Part shown: positions 30,557 through 40,954 of the stretch, one piece after another
Numbering within the stretch: the first letter of the stretch is position 1
How the letters are laid out: every line of letters starts with the position of its first letter
From: an uncultured Planctomycetales bacterium
GTDB lineage: Bacteria; Omnitrophota; Gorgyraeia; Zapsychrales; Fredricksoniimonadaceae
DNA: 64,000 nt
Assembly: GCA_964643325.1 (NCBI GenBank)
Contig: CAZXSE010000003.1
Span: forward strand, 13,960-77,959
Direction of reading: 5' to 3'
The notes under the pieces: generated by a model
Databases searched by the model: none
The model's input: the letters and a program-made list of their open reading frames with translations, nothing else
What the model was told of the DNA's origin: nothing
Program-made: the position numbers and the translations under genes

Positions 30557-31375
30557 TCAACCGGCAATGATGGTAATGCCGCAACGGTCAGCCAGGGCGA
30601 CGGTGCGTTCGCGGTCAATAATGATGGTCTTACCCGCTTCAATGGCCAGGCATGAGGCGCCGGCTTTCTTCATGACCTGGATGGTGCGGGGGCCGATGAC
30701 CGGCACATCAAAACGGCTGTCCTGCGCGGGCTTGGCAACTTTCACGACGACCGCGCGCTCATGCGTTATCCGGCCGCCGCGCAAGATGCACTGGTCCGTT
30801 CCCTCCATGGCCTCGATGGCCACAATGGCCTTGCCCTGCACCACCACGGTCTGGCCGATATCAAGAGCGCCCATCTGTTTGGCAATGGCCGTTCCGAACG
30901 CAATATCATCAAGCTCCGCAAGGTCCGGCGCCCTGCGGGTCAGCGTGCCGGCGGGCGCCAGGAATTCCTTGATCAGCAGCGTAGAATCCAAAAGCTCCAT
31001 GCCCTCGGCCTTGAGCCGGTCCGCGACCGCGCCAAAGATCGTGTCGCAGCGGCGGTCCTTGAGCGCGTTAAAGAGAGCTTGATGCTCATCATCCACGGGC
31101 GCGTTCCTGTTGAACAAATGGTCAGGATCGACCTTGCCGGCCATCAGAACATGATGAACGCCGCGGGCGCGAAAATACTCGAAGAATTTCCTGAACTCGC
31201 CGGGAGTGAACCAGCGGACCTCGTCGGAACAAAGATGCACCAACAGTGACGCGTCGCCCTTGACCGCAGCGGTCACCACGCGCACGCCCTTAAGCCGCGC
31301 TGCCCGGGCAAAGACCAGCGGGAACTTGCCGCTGCCTGCGATAAGACCGATCGTTTGAGGAAGGAACGGGGACAT
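30557..31375 (-). CDS. lpxI: UDP-2,3-diacylglucosamine diphosphatase LpxI (DUF1009)
   Basis: ORF trimmed to MSPFLPQTIGLIAGSGKFPL, which has SD GGGAGA. It has the LpxI-like pattern (DIGQTVVV..G.IVAIEAMEGTD) and lies immediately after lpxA. Confidence 0.8.
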   Translation of the reverse strand: MSPFLPQTIGLIAGSGKFPLVFARAARLKGVRVVTAAVKGDASLLVHLCSDEVRWFTPGEFRKFFEYFRARGVHHVLMAGKVDPDHLFNRNAPVDDEHQALFNALKDRRCDTIFGAVADRLKAEGMELLDSTLLIKEFLAPAGTLTRRAPDLAELDDIAFGTAIAKQMGALDIGQTVVVQGKAIVAIEAMEGTDQCILRGGRITHERAVVVKVAKPAQDSRFDVPVIGPRTIQVMKKAGASCLAIEAGKTIIIDRERTVALADRCGITIIAG

Positions 31376-31376
31376 G

Positions 31377-32186
31377 TTATTCTCCCGCGGAGAACTCTTT
31401 GGCGGACCCGCACAACCCGCGCTCCGAGGCGGCGGCGAAATCAAGAAGATGCCTGACCTCGGGGGTCAGGGTAATGTCCTTGTTGATCTGCTCGATCGCG
31501 TTGGAACGCGCGAGCCCCGAGAAGAACAGGATGCGGTACGCCTCTTTCAGGGGCTTCATCGACGATGCCGTGATGCCGGCGCGCCTTAAACCCACGGCAT
31601 TGATATTATAAACGACCGCGGGGCTGCCGACGCACAGCGCGTACGGCGGAACATCCTGGATCACGCGCGAACACCCGCCCACCATGGCCATGACGCCAAC
31701 GCGGCAGAACTGATGGAGCGCTGAAAGCCCCCCGATGATGGCCTTATCCTCGACGACAACATGGCCGGCGAGGGTCCCGGCATTGGCGAACACGCAATCA
31801 TTGCCCACCTTGCAATCATGCGCCACATGCGCGTACGCCATGAAAAGATTGTTGCTGCCGATGCGGGTGATGCCGCCGCCCGCGATCGTGCCGCGATTGA
31901 TGGTCACGAATTCGCGGAAGATATTATCCTTCCCGATCTCAAGGGCCGTCACTTCGCCCTTCTTGTATTTCTTGTCCTGCGGGTCCGAGCCGATGGACGC
32001 GTGCGGAAAAATGCGGCACCCCTGGCCGATCGTCGTCGTGCCGCCGATGGTCGCGTGCGCGGCCACCTCGACATGGTCGCCGAGGGTCACCTCGCCATCA
32101 ATGACCGCGTAAGGCCCGATCGCAATGCCGTCGCCGAGCTTGACCGTTGACGCGATGACCGCTGTGGGATGGATATGATTCGCCAT
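31377..32186 (-). CDS. lpxA: acyl-ACP--UDP-N-acetylglucosamine O-acyltransferase
   Basis: ORF trimmed to MANHIHPTAVIASTVKLGDGIAIGPYAVI. It has left-handed beta-helix hexapeptide repeats and is about 269 aa. Confidence 0.9.
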   Translation of the reverse strand: MANHIHPTAVIASTVKLGDGIAIGPYAVIDGEVTLGDHVEVAAHATIGGTTTIGQGCRIFPHASIGSDPQDKKYKKGEVTALEIGKDNIFREFVTINRGTIAGGGITRIGSNNLFMAYAHVAHDCKVGNDCVFANAGTLAGHVVVEDKAIIGGLSALHQFCRVGVMAMVGGCSRVIQDVPPYALCVGSPAVVYNINAVGLRRAGITASSMKPLKEAYRILFFSGLARSNAIEQINKDITLTPEVRHLLDFAAASERGLCGSAKEFSAGE

Positions 32187-32196
32187 AAGGATCTTT

Positions 32197-33510
32197 CTAT
32201 TGTTCGCCGAACGCAAAACCCATTTCGGCCTCGCAAACGACCTGCCCGTCGACCTTGCACACGCCTTTGGCCTGCGCGATACGTGAACGGGATTTGGTGA
32301 TCTCAACTTCCATGACCAGCTGATCGCCCGGCTCAACGATCTTGCGGAAGCGGACATTATCAACCGACATATAGAACCCGATCTTACCAAGGAGCGCGGG
32401 CGTTGACAACAGCGTTACCGCCGCCACCTGCGCCATGGCCTCGAGCATCAGAACGCCCGGCATCACGGGCTTCGCCGGAAAGTGCCCCTGAAAAAAAGCT
32501 TCATTGGCCGTCACGTTCTTCACGGCCAGCGCGCGTTTACCGGATTCAAGCTCAAGGATCCGATCCACCAGAAGGAACGGATACCGGTGCGGGATCACAC
32601 CCATGATGCCGCGCACATCCATGGACGTTCCTTCTTTATATTCTACTCTTGCAAGAGGGCGCGACGCCTCATACTTTTTCTTTTGCACGACGATCTGTTT
32701 TAAGAGCTCACGATTCAGGTTGTGCCCGCTTTTGAAAGCGAATACATGCCCCTTGATCGCGGTTCCCAAAAGGAACAGATCGCCAATGCAGTCCAACACC
32801 TTGTGCCGCGCCGCCTCGTCGGAAAATCTTAATGTGTTATTGATAACGCCATCCGGTCCGAACACCAATGTGTTCGATGTGCTCGCGCCCTGCCCCAGGC
32901 CTTTGGCCAACAGCGCGTCCGCCTCTTCTTTCATGCAGAATGTCCGGCACGGCGCGATCTCTTCCGCATAAGTTGCAGGTGTTACCGTCCAGGTCGCGGT
33001 CTGCCGAAGCAGAGGATGCGGATATTCCAGCGCGTAAGAGACCTTGAAATCCGGCGCCGGAACGATCATGACCGAACATCCGCCCCGGGTCACGCACAAC
33101 GGCTCCTTCACTTCAAAACATATTTTTTCAGCGTCAAGCTCGACGATCCCCGCCGAACGCAGCGCCTTCACGTATTCCAGGGCGCTCCCGTCGAGCCCGG
33201 GCGCTTCGTCCCCGTTCATTTCGATCGTGATATTATCGATCCCGAGGCCGCACAAGGCGCTCAGGCAGTGTTCGACCGTATAAATGACCGCATCGCCGTT
33301 CTTGAGCGCGGAATATCTCCCGCCCTCGGCCCCGAAAATAACATCCATGCTCCCCAGCTTGATCGACGGGGCTCCCACCAGGTCGGTTCGCACGAACGTG
33401 ATGCCCGCTCCAGCCAAAGCTGGCTTCATGACAAGGCGTACCTCATGCCCCGTGTGCAAACCCTTGCCGGAAACGCTGACCTCTTTGCCGATCGTCCGCT
33501 GCCTGTCCAT
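32197..33510 (-). CDS. lpxC: bifunctional UDP-3-O-acyl-GlcNAc deacetylase / 3-hydroxyacyl-ACP dehydratase (LpxC-FabZ fusion)
   Basis: The N-terminal LpxC pattern is SGKGLHTG...FVRTD. The C-terminal FabZ pattern is IPHRYPFLLVDRI...FFQGHFP..PVMPGVL.LEAMAQ. Confidence 0.9.
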   Translation of the reverse strand: MDRQRTIGKEVSVSGKGLHTGHEVRLVMKPALAGAGITFVRTDLVGAPSIKLGSMDVIFGAEGGRYSALKNGDAVIYTVEHCLSALCGLGIDNITIEMNGDEAPGLDGSALEYVKALRSAGIVELDAEKICFEVKEPLCVTRGGCSVMIVPAPDFKVSYALEYPHPLLRQTATWTVTPATYAEEIAPCRTFCMKEEADALLAKGLGQGASTSNTLVFGPDGVINNTLRFSDEAARHKVLDCIGDLFLLGTAIKGHVFAFKSGHNLNRELLKQIVVQKKKYEASRPLARVEYKEGTSMDVRGIMGVIPHRYPFLLVDRILELESGKRALAVKNVTANEAFFQGHFPAKPVMPGVLMLEAMAQVAAVTLLSTPALLGKIGFYMSVDNVRFRKIVEPGDQLVMEVEITKSRSRIAQAKGVCKVDGQVVCEAEMGFAFGEQ

Positions 33511-33513
33511 GAA

Positions 33514-34545
33514 CTAGCCGAGCCTCTTTTCGAGTTCCATGATCTTCTTCTCGAGCGCCGCGATGCGTTCCACATACTGCGGCAGGCGCCCCACCAGTCC
33601 CATCTCGCGTATCGCCGCTTTATATTCCTGCGCCGGCGTGCCGAACATCTTGGCTCCCGCCGGAACGTCTTTCGTGATGCCGGATTGCGCGGCCACAACC
33701 GCGCCCTTCCCAACATGAACATGCCCGGCCACGCCCACCTGCCCGGCGATAATGGCATTATTGCCGATGCGGGCACTGCCCGCGATGCCGGCGAGCGCGA
33801 TGACCAGGCAATCTTCGCCGATCTGCACATTGTGCGCGACCTGCACCAAATTATCGATCTTGCTGCCCCTGCCAATGACCGTTCGATCGAACCGCGCGCG
33901 ATCAATAGTGACGCACGCGCCGATCTCCACATCATCCTCGATCACGACCGTGCCCACCTGCGGGACCTTCATGTGTTTTCCGTCAACAGCAATATACCCG
34001 AACCCGTCGGAGCCGATGACCGTATTGCTATGGATGATCACATTATTACCGATGATGCTGTCTTCGCGGACCGTCACGTTCGGATAGATCAGGCAATTCT
34101 TGCCGATGACCGTTTTTTGACCGATAAAACTCCCGGCGCAAATGACCGTGCCGGGGCCGATGGTGACATTTTTATCAATGACCGCGTGCGGCCCGATGCC
34201 CGCGCCTTCGCCGATAACGGCCGAAGGATCAACAACAGCGCTCGCGTGCACGCCTTTGAACTTCGGCGTCAGATCCGTCTTGAACAAAGCAACGGCCTTC
34301 GCGAACGCCAGGGATGGATTGTCCGTCTGGATAACCGTCTTGCCTGCGACCAGCACATCTTTTCCGACGATGATCGCCGCAGCTGGTGCCTGCGACGCCA
34401 ACGGGATGTATTTGGGATTGGCCAAAAAGGTAAGTTCTTCTGCCTGCGCTTCCCTTATCCCGGAAACGCCCTTAACAAGAAGCGCGTCGTTACCCACGAC
34501 GCGCCCTTGGATGAGCTTGGCGATCTCAGCCAGACTTTTCTGCAT
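33514..34545 (-). CDS. lpxD: UDP-3-O-(3-hydroxyacyl)glucosamine N-acyltransferase
   Basis: N-terminal LpxD domain ([14 protein letters not shown]) followed by extensive hexapeptide repeats, 343 aa. Confidence 0.9.
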   Translation of the reverse strand: MQKSLAEIAKLIQGRVVGNDALLVKGVSGIREAQAEELTFLANPKYIPLASQAPAAAIIVGKDVLVAGKTVIQTDNPSLAFAKAVALFKTDLTPKFKGVHASAVVDPSAVIGEGAGIGPHAVIDKNVTIGPGTVICAGSFIGQKTVIGKNCLIYPNVTVREDSIIGNNVIIHSNTVIGSDGFGYIAVDGKHMKVPQVGTVVIEDDVEIGACVTIDRARFDRTVIGRGSKIDNLVQVAHNVQIGEDCLVIALAGIAGSARIGNNAIIAGQVGVAGHVHVGKGAVVAAQSGITKDVPAGAKMFGTPAQEYKAAIREMGLVGRLPQYVERIAALEKKIMELEKRLG

Positions 34546-34556
34546 GAACGGATCTT

Positions 34557-35090
34557 TTATTTCTTGCCCTGTTTAAGATAATCCTGATTGAGGCCCTGGA
34601 GCACCGGCTCCGTGATGTTCATGTCCTCCCCGCCATAGATCATGACGCGGTCATTGAAAACAAGGGAATACCCCTGCTGCTTGGCATATTCACTGACGGT
34701 CTTTTCGATCTCCATCAGGATCTCGCGCACCTTTTCGTCGCGCGCCTTGGTCAGGTCCGTGCGCTTCTGGCGGTCAAACTCCATCAGGTCGGCCTTCTTC
34801 TTCTCGATATCCTGCTCGGCCTTGACTTTTTCTTCCTCTTTCAGGGCCGCTGTCTTGCCCTGAAGCTCGCGGATGGCATCGATCTTCTTGTTGCGCTCCG
34901 CCTCGAACTTCTCGCCCTCGACAACAAGGACCTTGTCATAAGCCTTGGTCTTCTCGTACTCGTCAAAAAGCCGGGTCAGGTTGACATAAGCGACCTTGCC
35001 CTTGAGCTCCTGCGCCTGTGCGTTCGGCACCAGCGCGGTGCCTGCTAGGAACAACGCTGCTATAACGATCATCAATTTCCACGACCTCAT
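34557..35090 (-). CDS. skp: periplasmic chaperone Skp (OmpH family)
   Basis: Signal peptide followed by a Lys/Glu-rich coiled coil, 177 aa, located between bamA and lpxD. Confidence 0.85.
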   Translation of the reverse strand: MRSWKLMIVIAALFLAGTALVPNAQAQELKGKVAYVNLTRLFDEYEKTKAYDKVLVVEGEKFEAERNKKIDAIRELQGKTAALKEEEKVKAEQDIEKKKADLMEFDRQKRTDLTKARDEKVREILMEIEKTVSEYAKQQGYSLVFNDRVMIYGGEDMNITEPVLQGLNQDYLKQGKK

Positions 35091-35103
35091 ACCATCCCTC
35101 CTT

Positions 35104-37494
35104 TTAGAACCCTCTGCTCACGCTGAAATAGAACTTCCCGTTGCCTGTGCTGCTCTCGCCGGGCTGCTTGTCCAGCGGGATCCCGTAATCAAGGTTCATC
35201 GGGCCGATCGGCGTTTTCACGCGGAAACCAAGGCCATAGCCCGAATAGAGCTTGTTCTTGCCAAGGCTGCTCGACTTGTCCCAGACATTGCCGATATCGA
35301 AGAACGCGGCGAGCTTGATCACCTCGATGAGCGGGATCGTGTACTCGACATTACCGACAAAGATGGAATCGCCGCCGATCGGGTCTTTCGTATTTGCATC
35401 AATAGGACCCACAGAGCGCTCGTCATAACCGCGGATGGACTGGGCGCCGCCCGTGAAGAACCGCTCGAAGATCGGCACCTTGTTGGAATCGCCGTACGCA
35501 TCCACGATCCCCACATGACCGTTAAAAGCCAGGACCGAATTGTACTTGAACGGCACGTAATAGGCGCCATTGCTTTCCAGGCGGTAGAAGTCCTTGTCGC
35601 CCGCGAACGGCCCGCCTGCCACATCGCCCGAAGCGGTGGCGACCCAGCCCTTGGTGGGCGTGATCGTGCTGTCACGATGGTCGAGCGTCCATGAATTACC
35701 CACGGAACTGACCGTGTTCTTGCCAACCTCGGAAGCAAGGTCCGCGGAAACATTGTCTTCCATGTTGCTGATGTCCGTCTTCTCCAGCCGGTAGTACGCG
35801 GCGGTCGAGAGGTAATCCGAGATCTCCTTGCCGGCGCGCAGTTTGATGCCCGTGCGCGTCTGGTCATAGGCGTAACCCGTGCTGCTCTCGCGCAGATGCT
35901 GCATGCGATAAAGATCGAACCCGCCCGAGATCGGATAATCGAACATCCACGGCTCGGTGAACGAGAGGATCTCGTTGTTCTTCTTGGCGCCGATCTCCGC
36001 GCGCGCGGACAAACGCTGCCCGCCGCCGGTAAAGGTCGGCCAGTTGGCGAAGTCGAAGTTCTTCTGCTCAACCTCGACGAACCCGATCAGGCTGTCGACT
36101 GTCGAATACCCGCCGCCAAAACTGAACGATCCGGTCTTGGCTTCCTTGACCTCCACGAGAAGGTCCTTCTGGTCGGGCGTGTCAGTGTCCTGGATGTCAA
36201 AATTCACATCCTCGAAATAACCAAGGTTCGCCAGGCGCTCCTTGCTGCGGCGCAGCTTGACGCCGTTGAACTCATCGCCCGGGTACATGCGCAGTTCGCG
36301 GCGGATCACAAGATCGCGCGTCTGGGTATTGCCCTGGACCTTGATCTTGTTGATGTAGGCGATCCCGCCCTCCTCGACATCAAGCTTCAGGTCCACGCGG
36401 CCGTCCTGCGGATTGAGCGAGGTGGACTCGTTGACCTTCGCGAAAATATAACCCCTGTCGAAATAAAGAGAACGGATATTGGCCACATCATCCGCGAGCT
36501 TGGCCTTGGAGAATATCTTGCCCCGCTTGATGTCCTTCATCGCGGCCTCGATCTCGGTGACGGACACGATCGCGTTGCCGCCCACAGCCAGGCTGCCGAC
36601 ATAATAGCGCTTGCCTTCCTCGACGGTAATATCCACGTTCACCAGCCCCTGGCGCAGCTTCTCGACCGTATAGGCGGCCTTCGCGTCAATATAGCCGTTC
36701 TGCTCATAGAACGCCTGAATGCGGTCCATGTCCTCGGTCAGCACATCTTCCTTCAAATAGCCGGAATTGAACGTCCAGGCCGGGCGCGACTTCATGACCT
36801 TGATGAGCCGCGCGTCCTTGTACGCCGCGTTGCCCAGGACATTGATGCGGCGCACCTTGACGCGGTAACCTTCCCTGATGACCACGTGAAGGCTGATCTT
36901 GTTGGTGGCGTCGTCGATGAATTGCTCGACATCGACCTCGGCCTGCGTCAGGCCCTTCTTCACATACAGTTCCTTGATGGTATTGATGTCGTCATTAAGG
37001 GACTTCTTGTCGAAGAACTTGCCGACCTGCGTCTTGATCTTGGACAAGAGGACCTTCTTGTTATAAAAACGGATCTTGGAGAACGTGATCTCCTCGACGA
37101 TCGGCTTTTCATCAACATAAATGGTGACCTTAAGCCCGTCGCTCTCTTCCGCGCGGTCAACGCGGACATCGGAAAAATACCCGGAATTGTAAAGGCGTTT
37201 GAGATCGTCGGAAATGACCGCCTGGCGGTATTCCTGGCCCACGCGGGTCTTGATCTTGGTCAGGATCGTGGCAATGCCGATGGACTTATTGCCCTTGATC
37301 TCGATGGACTTGACCAGTTTGCCGGCCGGGACATCCGCAGCATCCGGCGCGGACGCCGTGCCGTCAGCCGGAGACTCCGCGGCATCAAGCGCCTGCGTCA
37401 CCGCGGCGTCATCTTGCGCCATCACCATGGCCGGAGCGCCCAAGAAACAGATAATACTAATTACTACAGAGAGGAATAGGGATAGTTTTTTCAT
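35104..37494 (-). CDS. bamA: outer membrane protein assembly factor BamA
   Basis: Signal peptide, repeated POTRA-like segments, C-terminal beta-barrel ending in an aromatic residue (...YFSVSRGF), 796 aa. Confidence 0.95.
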   Translation of the reverse strand: MKKLSLFLSVVISIICFLGAPAMVMAQDDAAVTQALDAAESPADGTASAPDAADVPAGKLVKSIEIKGNKSIGIATILTKIKTRVGQEYRQAVISDDLKRLYNSGYFSDVRVDRAEESDGLKVTIYVDEKPIVEEITFSKIRFYNKKVLLSKIKTQVGKFFDKKSLNDDINTIKELYVKKGLTQAEVDVEQFIDDATNKISLHVVIREGYRVKVRRINVLGNAAYKDARLIKVMKSRPAWTFNSGYLKEDVLTEDMDRIQAFYEQNGYIDAKAAYTVEKLRQGLVNVDITVEEGKRYYVGSLAVGGNAIVSVTEIEAAMKDIKRGKIFSKAKLADDVANIRSLYFDRGYIFAKVNESTSLNPQDGRVDLKLDVEEGGIAYINKIKVQGNTQTRDLVIRRELRMYPGDEFNGVKLRRSKERLANLGYFEDVNFDIQDTDTPDQKDLLVEVKEAKTGSFSFGGGYSTVDSLIGFVEVEQKNFDFANWPTFTGGGQRLSARAEIGAKKNNEILSFTEPWMFDYPISGGFDLYRMQHLRESSTGYAYDQTRTGIKLRAGKEISDYLSTAAYYRLEKTDISNMEDNVSADLASEVGKNTVSSVGNSWTLDHRDSTITPTKGWVATASGDVAGGPFAGDKDFYRLESNGAYYVPFKYNSVLAFNGHVGIVDAYGDSNKVPIFERFFTGGAQSIRGYDERSVGPIDANTKDPIGGDSIFVGNVEYTIPLIEVIKLAAFFDIGNVWDKSSSLGKNKLYSGYGLGFRVKTPIGPMNLDYGIPLDKQPGESSTGNGKFYFSVSRGF

Positions 37495-37541
37495 AGAGTT
37501 GGATTATACTTTCCTTGGTTGCCGCTGTCAAAACGTATCTC

Positions 37542-38885
37542 TTATTCTTGGTCCCGATGCGCCGTTTCAAGATTATCGAAGCGCACAAACTCCTTGGAAA
37601 ACCTCAACTTAATGATGCCGGTCGGGCCATTGCGCTGCTTGGCGATATGGACCTCGGCAAGGCCAAGGTTCTCGGGCGTGGCATTGTAATAATCCTCGCG
37701 CATCAGAAGGACAACAACGTCGGCGTCCTGTTCAATGGCGCCTGATTCACGCAGGTCGGAGAGCATGGGCCTGTGGTCCTGGCGGCTTTCCACCGCGCGC
37801 GAAAGCTGGCTGATGGCAATGACCGGGACACTCAATTCACGCGCAAGCGCCTTGAGCGAGCGGGATATTTCGGAGATCTCCTGCTGACGGCTTTCAGAGC
37901 GCGTCGATGCCCGCATCAACTGCAGGTAATCCACCACAACAAGCCCGATATCATGCGCGGCCTTGAGCCGGCGGGCCTTGGAGCGCAGCTCCATGGGCGA
38001 TATCGCGGCAGAATCATCCACGAAGATCGGCGCGTTCGACAGGCGCGATGCGGCCTTCGTCAACACGGGCCAATCAGATGACGCGAGCATGCCCGTGCGC
38101 ACCTTGGACGCGTCCACGCGCGCCTGGGAACACAGCATGCGCATCATGACCTGCTCTTTCGACATTTCAAGGCTGAAGAACGCGACGCCAATGCCTTTTT
38201 CCATGGCCGCGTATTCAGCCATGGTCGCGGCAAAAGCGCTTTTGCCCATCGACGGACGGCCTGCAACAACGATCAGGTCCGAGCGCTGCAAGCCCGAAGT
38301 TTGGGCATCAAATTCGTAGAACCCGGTCGCGACGCCGGTAACGGTTTCCTTGCGGTGATAGAGCGCGTCAATGGTCTTCATCGTTCCCTTGACCAGGTCC
38401 TTGACCGCCCAGGCCTCCTGTTTCTGCCGGGCATGCGCAATATCGAAAATGACGCGCTCGGCGTCATCCATCAGCGTGGCAACCTCGGCGCCGTCCTCAT
38501 AACTGCGCGCGACGATCTCGGTGGCGCTCTTGATGAGCTTACGCTTGATGCCTTTTTCCTTCACGATCTCTACATGGTGCAGGACATTAGCCGAGGTCGG
38601 CACCGCGTCCGCAAGCTCCGCGAGGAATGCCGAGCCGCCGACCGATTCCAGCACCCCGTCCTGCTTGAGCTGATCGGCAAGCGTGATAATATCCACGTTC
38701 TTGCGGTTGCCGTAAAGCTTGACCATCCCCTCAAAGACCTTCTGGTGAGAAGCGTCATAAAAAAAAGAGCTGTCGAGGCCTTCGATCACGGCCCCGACAG
38801 CATCATCATCCAACAGCATGGCCCCCAGGACGGCACGCTCCGCCGACTGGCTCTGAGGGGGTATCCTTATTTCTTCGTGACCCAT
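37542..38885 (-). CDS. dnaB: replicative DNA helicase
   Basis: N-terminus PPQSQSAERAVLGAMLLD, Walker A GRPSMGKSAFA, 447 aa, follows rplI. Confidence 0.95.
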   Translation of the reverse strand: MGHEEIRIPPQSQSAERAVLGAMLLDDDAVGAVIEGLDSSFFYDASHQKVFEGMVKLYGNRKNVDIITLADQLKQDGVLESVGGSAFLAELADAVPTSANVLHHVEIVKEKGIKRKLIKSATEIVARSYEDGAEVATLMDDAERVIFDIAHARQKQEAWAVKDLVKGTMKTIDALYHRKETVTGVATGFYEFDAQTSGLQRSDLIVVAGRPSMGKSAFAATMAEYAAMEKGIGVAFFSLEMSKEQVMMRMLCSQARVDASKVRTGMLASSDWPVLTKAASRLSNAPIFVDDSAAISPMELRSKARRLKAAHDIGLVVVDYLQLMRASTRSESRQQEISEISRSLKALARELSVPVIAISQLSRAVESRQDHRPMLSDLRESGAIEQDADVVVLLMREDYYNATPENLGLAEVHIAKQRNGPTGIIKLRFSKEFVRFDNLETAHRDQE

Positions 38886-39310
38886 AACCGGAACCTGCCA
38901 ATGACATCCGGATGCAATTTCACGCCGACATCAAAGATGCCCAGCTCTTCAACAGGCTTCTCGAGCACAAGGTCCTTGCGCTCGAACTTGAAACCTTCCT
39001 GCTCAAGGGCGTGCAAGATCTCCGCTTCGGAAACAGCACCGTAAAGTTTTTCCTGATCGTTCACCTCGACCGTGACGGTGCACGAGACCTTCGCCAGGGC
39101 ATCAGCCACGCCCTGCGCCGCGGCGCGGGAGGCTTCATAAGCCGCGTTCAGCTTGGCCTTGACCTTTTCAATATGCTTCATGTTCTCTTTCGTGGCGGCC
39201 ATGGCGATCTTGCGCGGGATCAAATAATTGCGCGCGAACCCTTCCTTGACCTTCACCACTTCGCCACCCTTGCCCAGGTTGGCCACATCATGACATAGTA
39301 TGACTTCCAT
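38867..39310 (-). CDS. rplI: 50S ribosomal protein L9
   Basis: ORF trimmed to MEVILCHDVANLGKGGEVVKVKEGFARNYLIP, the canonical L9 N-terminus. Confidence 0.9.
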   Translation of the reverse strand: MEVILCHDVANLGKGGEVVKVKEGFARNYLIPRKIAMAATKENMKHIEKVKAKLNAAYEASRAAAQGVADALAKVSCTVTVEVNDQEKLYGAVSEAEILHALEQEGFKFERKDLVLEKPVEELGIFDVGVKLHPDVIGRFRLWVTKK

Positions 39311-39314
39311 GCGT

Positions 39315-39602
39315 TCACTTCCTTTTTGCAGAACCGACCGGCAATAAACCCAAGAACCTTGCCCGTTTGATCGCCTCACAGAGCAAACGCTGATTCTTGG
39401 CGTTCACTCCCGTAAAACGACGGGAAAGGATCTTCCCGCGCTCGCTCAAAAGCTTCTTGAGCGTGCTGATATCCTTGTAATCGATGACTTCCGGCACTTC
39501 AACAAGGAACCGCGGCGCCCGGTTGACCCGGCGCGGCTTTTTCTTCTTGTCCTTCTTGTCCTTCTTGTCGTTACGATCGAACTTTCTTGGTGCTCTTTCC
39601 AT
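39315..39602 (-). CDS. rpsR: 30S ribosomal protein S18
   Basis: ATG at 39602 has SD GGAGGAG and overlaps the ssb stop (TAATG). The conserved part is YKD...LKK.LSERGKI..RR.TG..AK.QR.L..AIKRAR.L.LLP. Confidence 0.9.
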   Translation of the reverse strand: MERAPRKFDRNDKKDKKDKKKKPRRVNRAPRFLVEVPEVIDYKDISTLKKLLSERGKILSRRFTGVNAKNQRLLCEAIKRARFLGLLPVGSAKRK

Positions 39603-40033
39603 TATGACTCCTCCCATACCATATCTTCAGAATGAACCACATCATGGGCCGGCCCGCCTTCGCCTGTTGCCCCTTCAGCCTTATCAACATCTTTCACGCT
39701 GCCCGGCGCGCCAAGGAACTGAACGCGCTCCGCGCGCACATCGATCGCGCTGCGTTTCTGCCCGTCGGGAGCATCCCACGAGCGGGATTGCAGCATGCCC
39801 TCCACTAATATAGAGCGGCCTTTGCGCAGGTACTGCCTGCAATCCTCAGCCTGCTTGTCCCAAACGGTCACGGTAACAAAACAGGTATCCTCTTTCAACT
39901 CTCCGGCGCGGTCCTTGAACTTGCGGTTGACCGCGATACGCAAATTGGCAACTGCCTTGCCGCCGGGTGTATAGCGCAATTCCGGGTCTTTTGTCAGATT
40001 GCCGATCAAAAAGACCTTGTTCAGACCCGCCAT
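39602..40033 (-). CDS. ssb: single-stranded DNA-binding protein
   Basis: [27 protein letters not shown]-fold N-terminus, located between rpsF and rpsR. The C-terminal tip (...SEDMVWEES) is atypical. Confidence 0.9.
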   Translation of the reverse strand: MAGLNKVFLIGNLTKDPELRYTPGGKAVANLRIAVNRKFKDRAGELKEDTCFVTVTVWDKQAEDCRQYLRKGRSILVEGMLQSRSWDAPDGQKRSAIDVRAERVQFLGAPGSVKDVDKAEGATGEGGPAHDVVHSEDMVWEES

Positions 40034-40053
40034 GCCCGAAGCCCTCCTCGGAA

Positions 40054-40347
40054 TTATTCCCCGACCCGGATGATCAGAAAACGCAAAATACGTTCGTTCA
40101 GCTGCAGCTCACGGCGCAGCTTGCCCATCTCCGACGCCTTGCCCTCGATGTTCAGCAAATAATACGTTGCCTCCCAGGCTTTCCTGATCGGGAACGACAT
40201 CCGCTGGCGCTCGAACCATACTGCCGTATTCACCAGGCTCGCGCCGGTCTTGGCAAGAAGGTCAGCGACGATCTTGGCGATCTCGCCCTTCTCCGCGTCG
40301 GTCAAACGTGCATCCACCATGTAGATCAATTCATACTTGTTCATCAT
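40054..40347 (-). CDS. rpsF: 30S ribosomal protein S6
   Basis: YELIYMVDARLTDAE... pattern, 97 aa, first gene of rpsF-ssb-rpsR. Confidence 0.9.
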   Translation of the reverse strand: MMNKYELIYMVDARLTDAEKGEIAKIVADLLAKTGASLVNTAVWFERQRMSFPIRKAWEATYYLLNIEGKASEMGKLRRELQLNERILRFLIIRVGE

Positions 40348-40924
40348 TCTTCCTTTTGTTATACAATGTCATCGCTCTGGCCGTATCATTCGCAAGCCAC
40401 AAACGGCAGCAATCGCACGCACGCTCCAGAACTTCCCCGATCATCTTCTTCTGTGCCGCGTCAAAAACCGCCAGCACAAAATCTTTTTGCATATCTTCCG
40501 CGGCCGGCGCCCCGATCCCGACCCTCAAGCGTGTGTACTCCTCGGTCCCCAGATGCGCCGCGACCGACTTGAGCCCGTTATGGCCCGCATCAGAACCGCT
40601 CGTCCGCAGCCTGATCTGGCCGATATCAAGCCGAAGGTCATCGCACACGACCAGGATGTCTTCCGGCGCCACATTGTCAAATTTGACGATCGCCGCGACC
40701 GCCCGTCCCGAATCGTTCATGAAGGTTTGCGGCAACGCCACAAGGACCCTCTGGCCGTCCTCACGGACCTCGGCCGTCAATGCCGGGGCGTACCTGCATT
40801 TCTTAAATGCCGCGCCCAACTCCTGCGCCAGCGCCTCAACGACCATAAAGCCGGTATTGTGGCGCGTCTTTTCATATTCACGCCCGGGATTTCCCAGGCC
40901 AACGATGAGTTTTGTTGTTGCCAC
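40331..40924 (-). CDS. pth: peptidyl-tRNA hydrolase
   Basis: LIVGLGNPGREYEKTRHNTGF motif. Confidence 0.9.
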   Translation of the reverse strand: MATTKLIVGLGNPGREYEKTRHNTGFMVVEALAQELGAAFKKCRYAPALTAEVREDGQRVLVALPQTFMNDSGRAVAAIVKFDNVAPEDILVVCDDLRLDIGQIRLRTSGSDAGHNGLKSVAAHLGTEEYTRLRVGIGAPAAEDMQKDFVLAVFDAAQKKMIGEVLERACDCCRLWLANDTARAMTLYNKRKNDEQV

Positions 40925-40954
40925 AACCGGCCCCCACCGTTATCAATACGTCTG

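Noticed and set aside
35896-37479. A 527-aa ORF on the plus strand opposite bamA. Similar long antisense ORFs occur at 33016..34581, 24450..25772, 22359..23384, 9458..10372 and 28404..29351.
   Set aside because: In each case the opposite strand encodes a confidently recognised conserved protein. The antisense translations are low-complexity (R/D/H/L/G-rich), lack SD or start context, and are the usual open antisense frames of GC-rich coding DNA.
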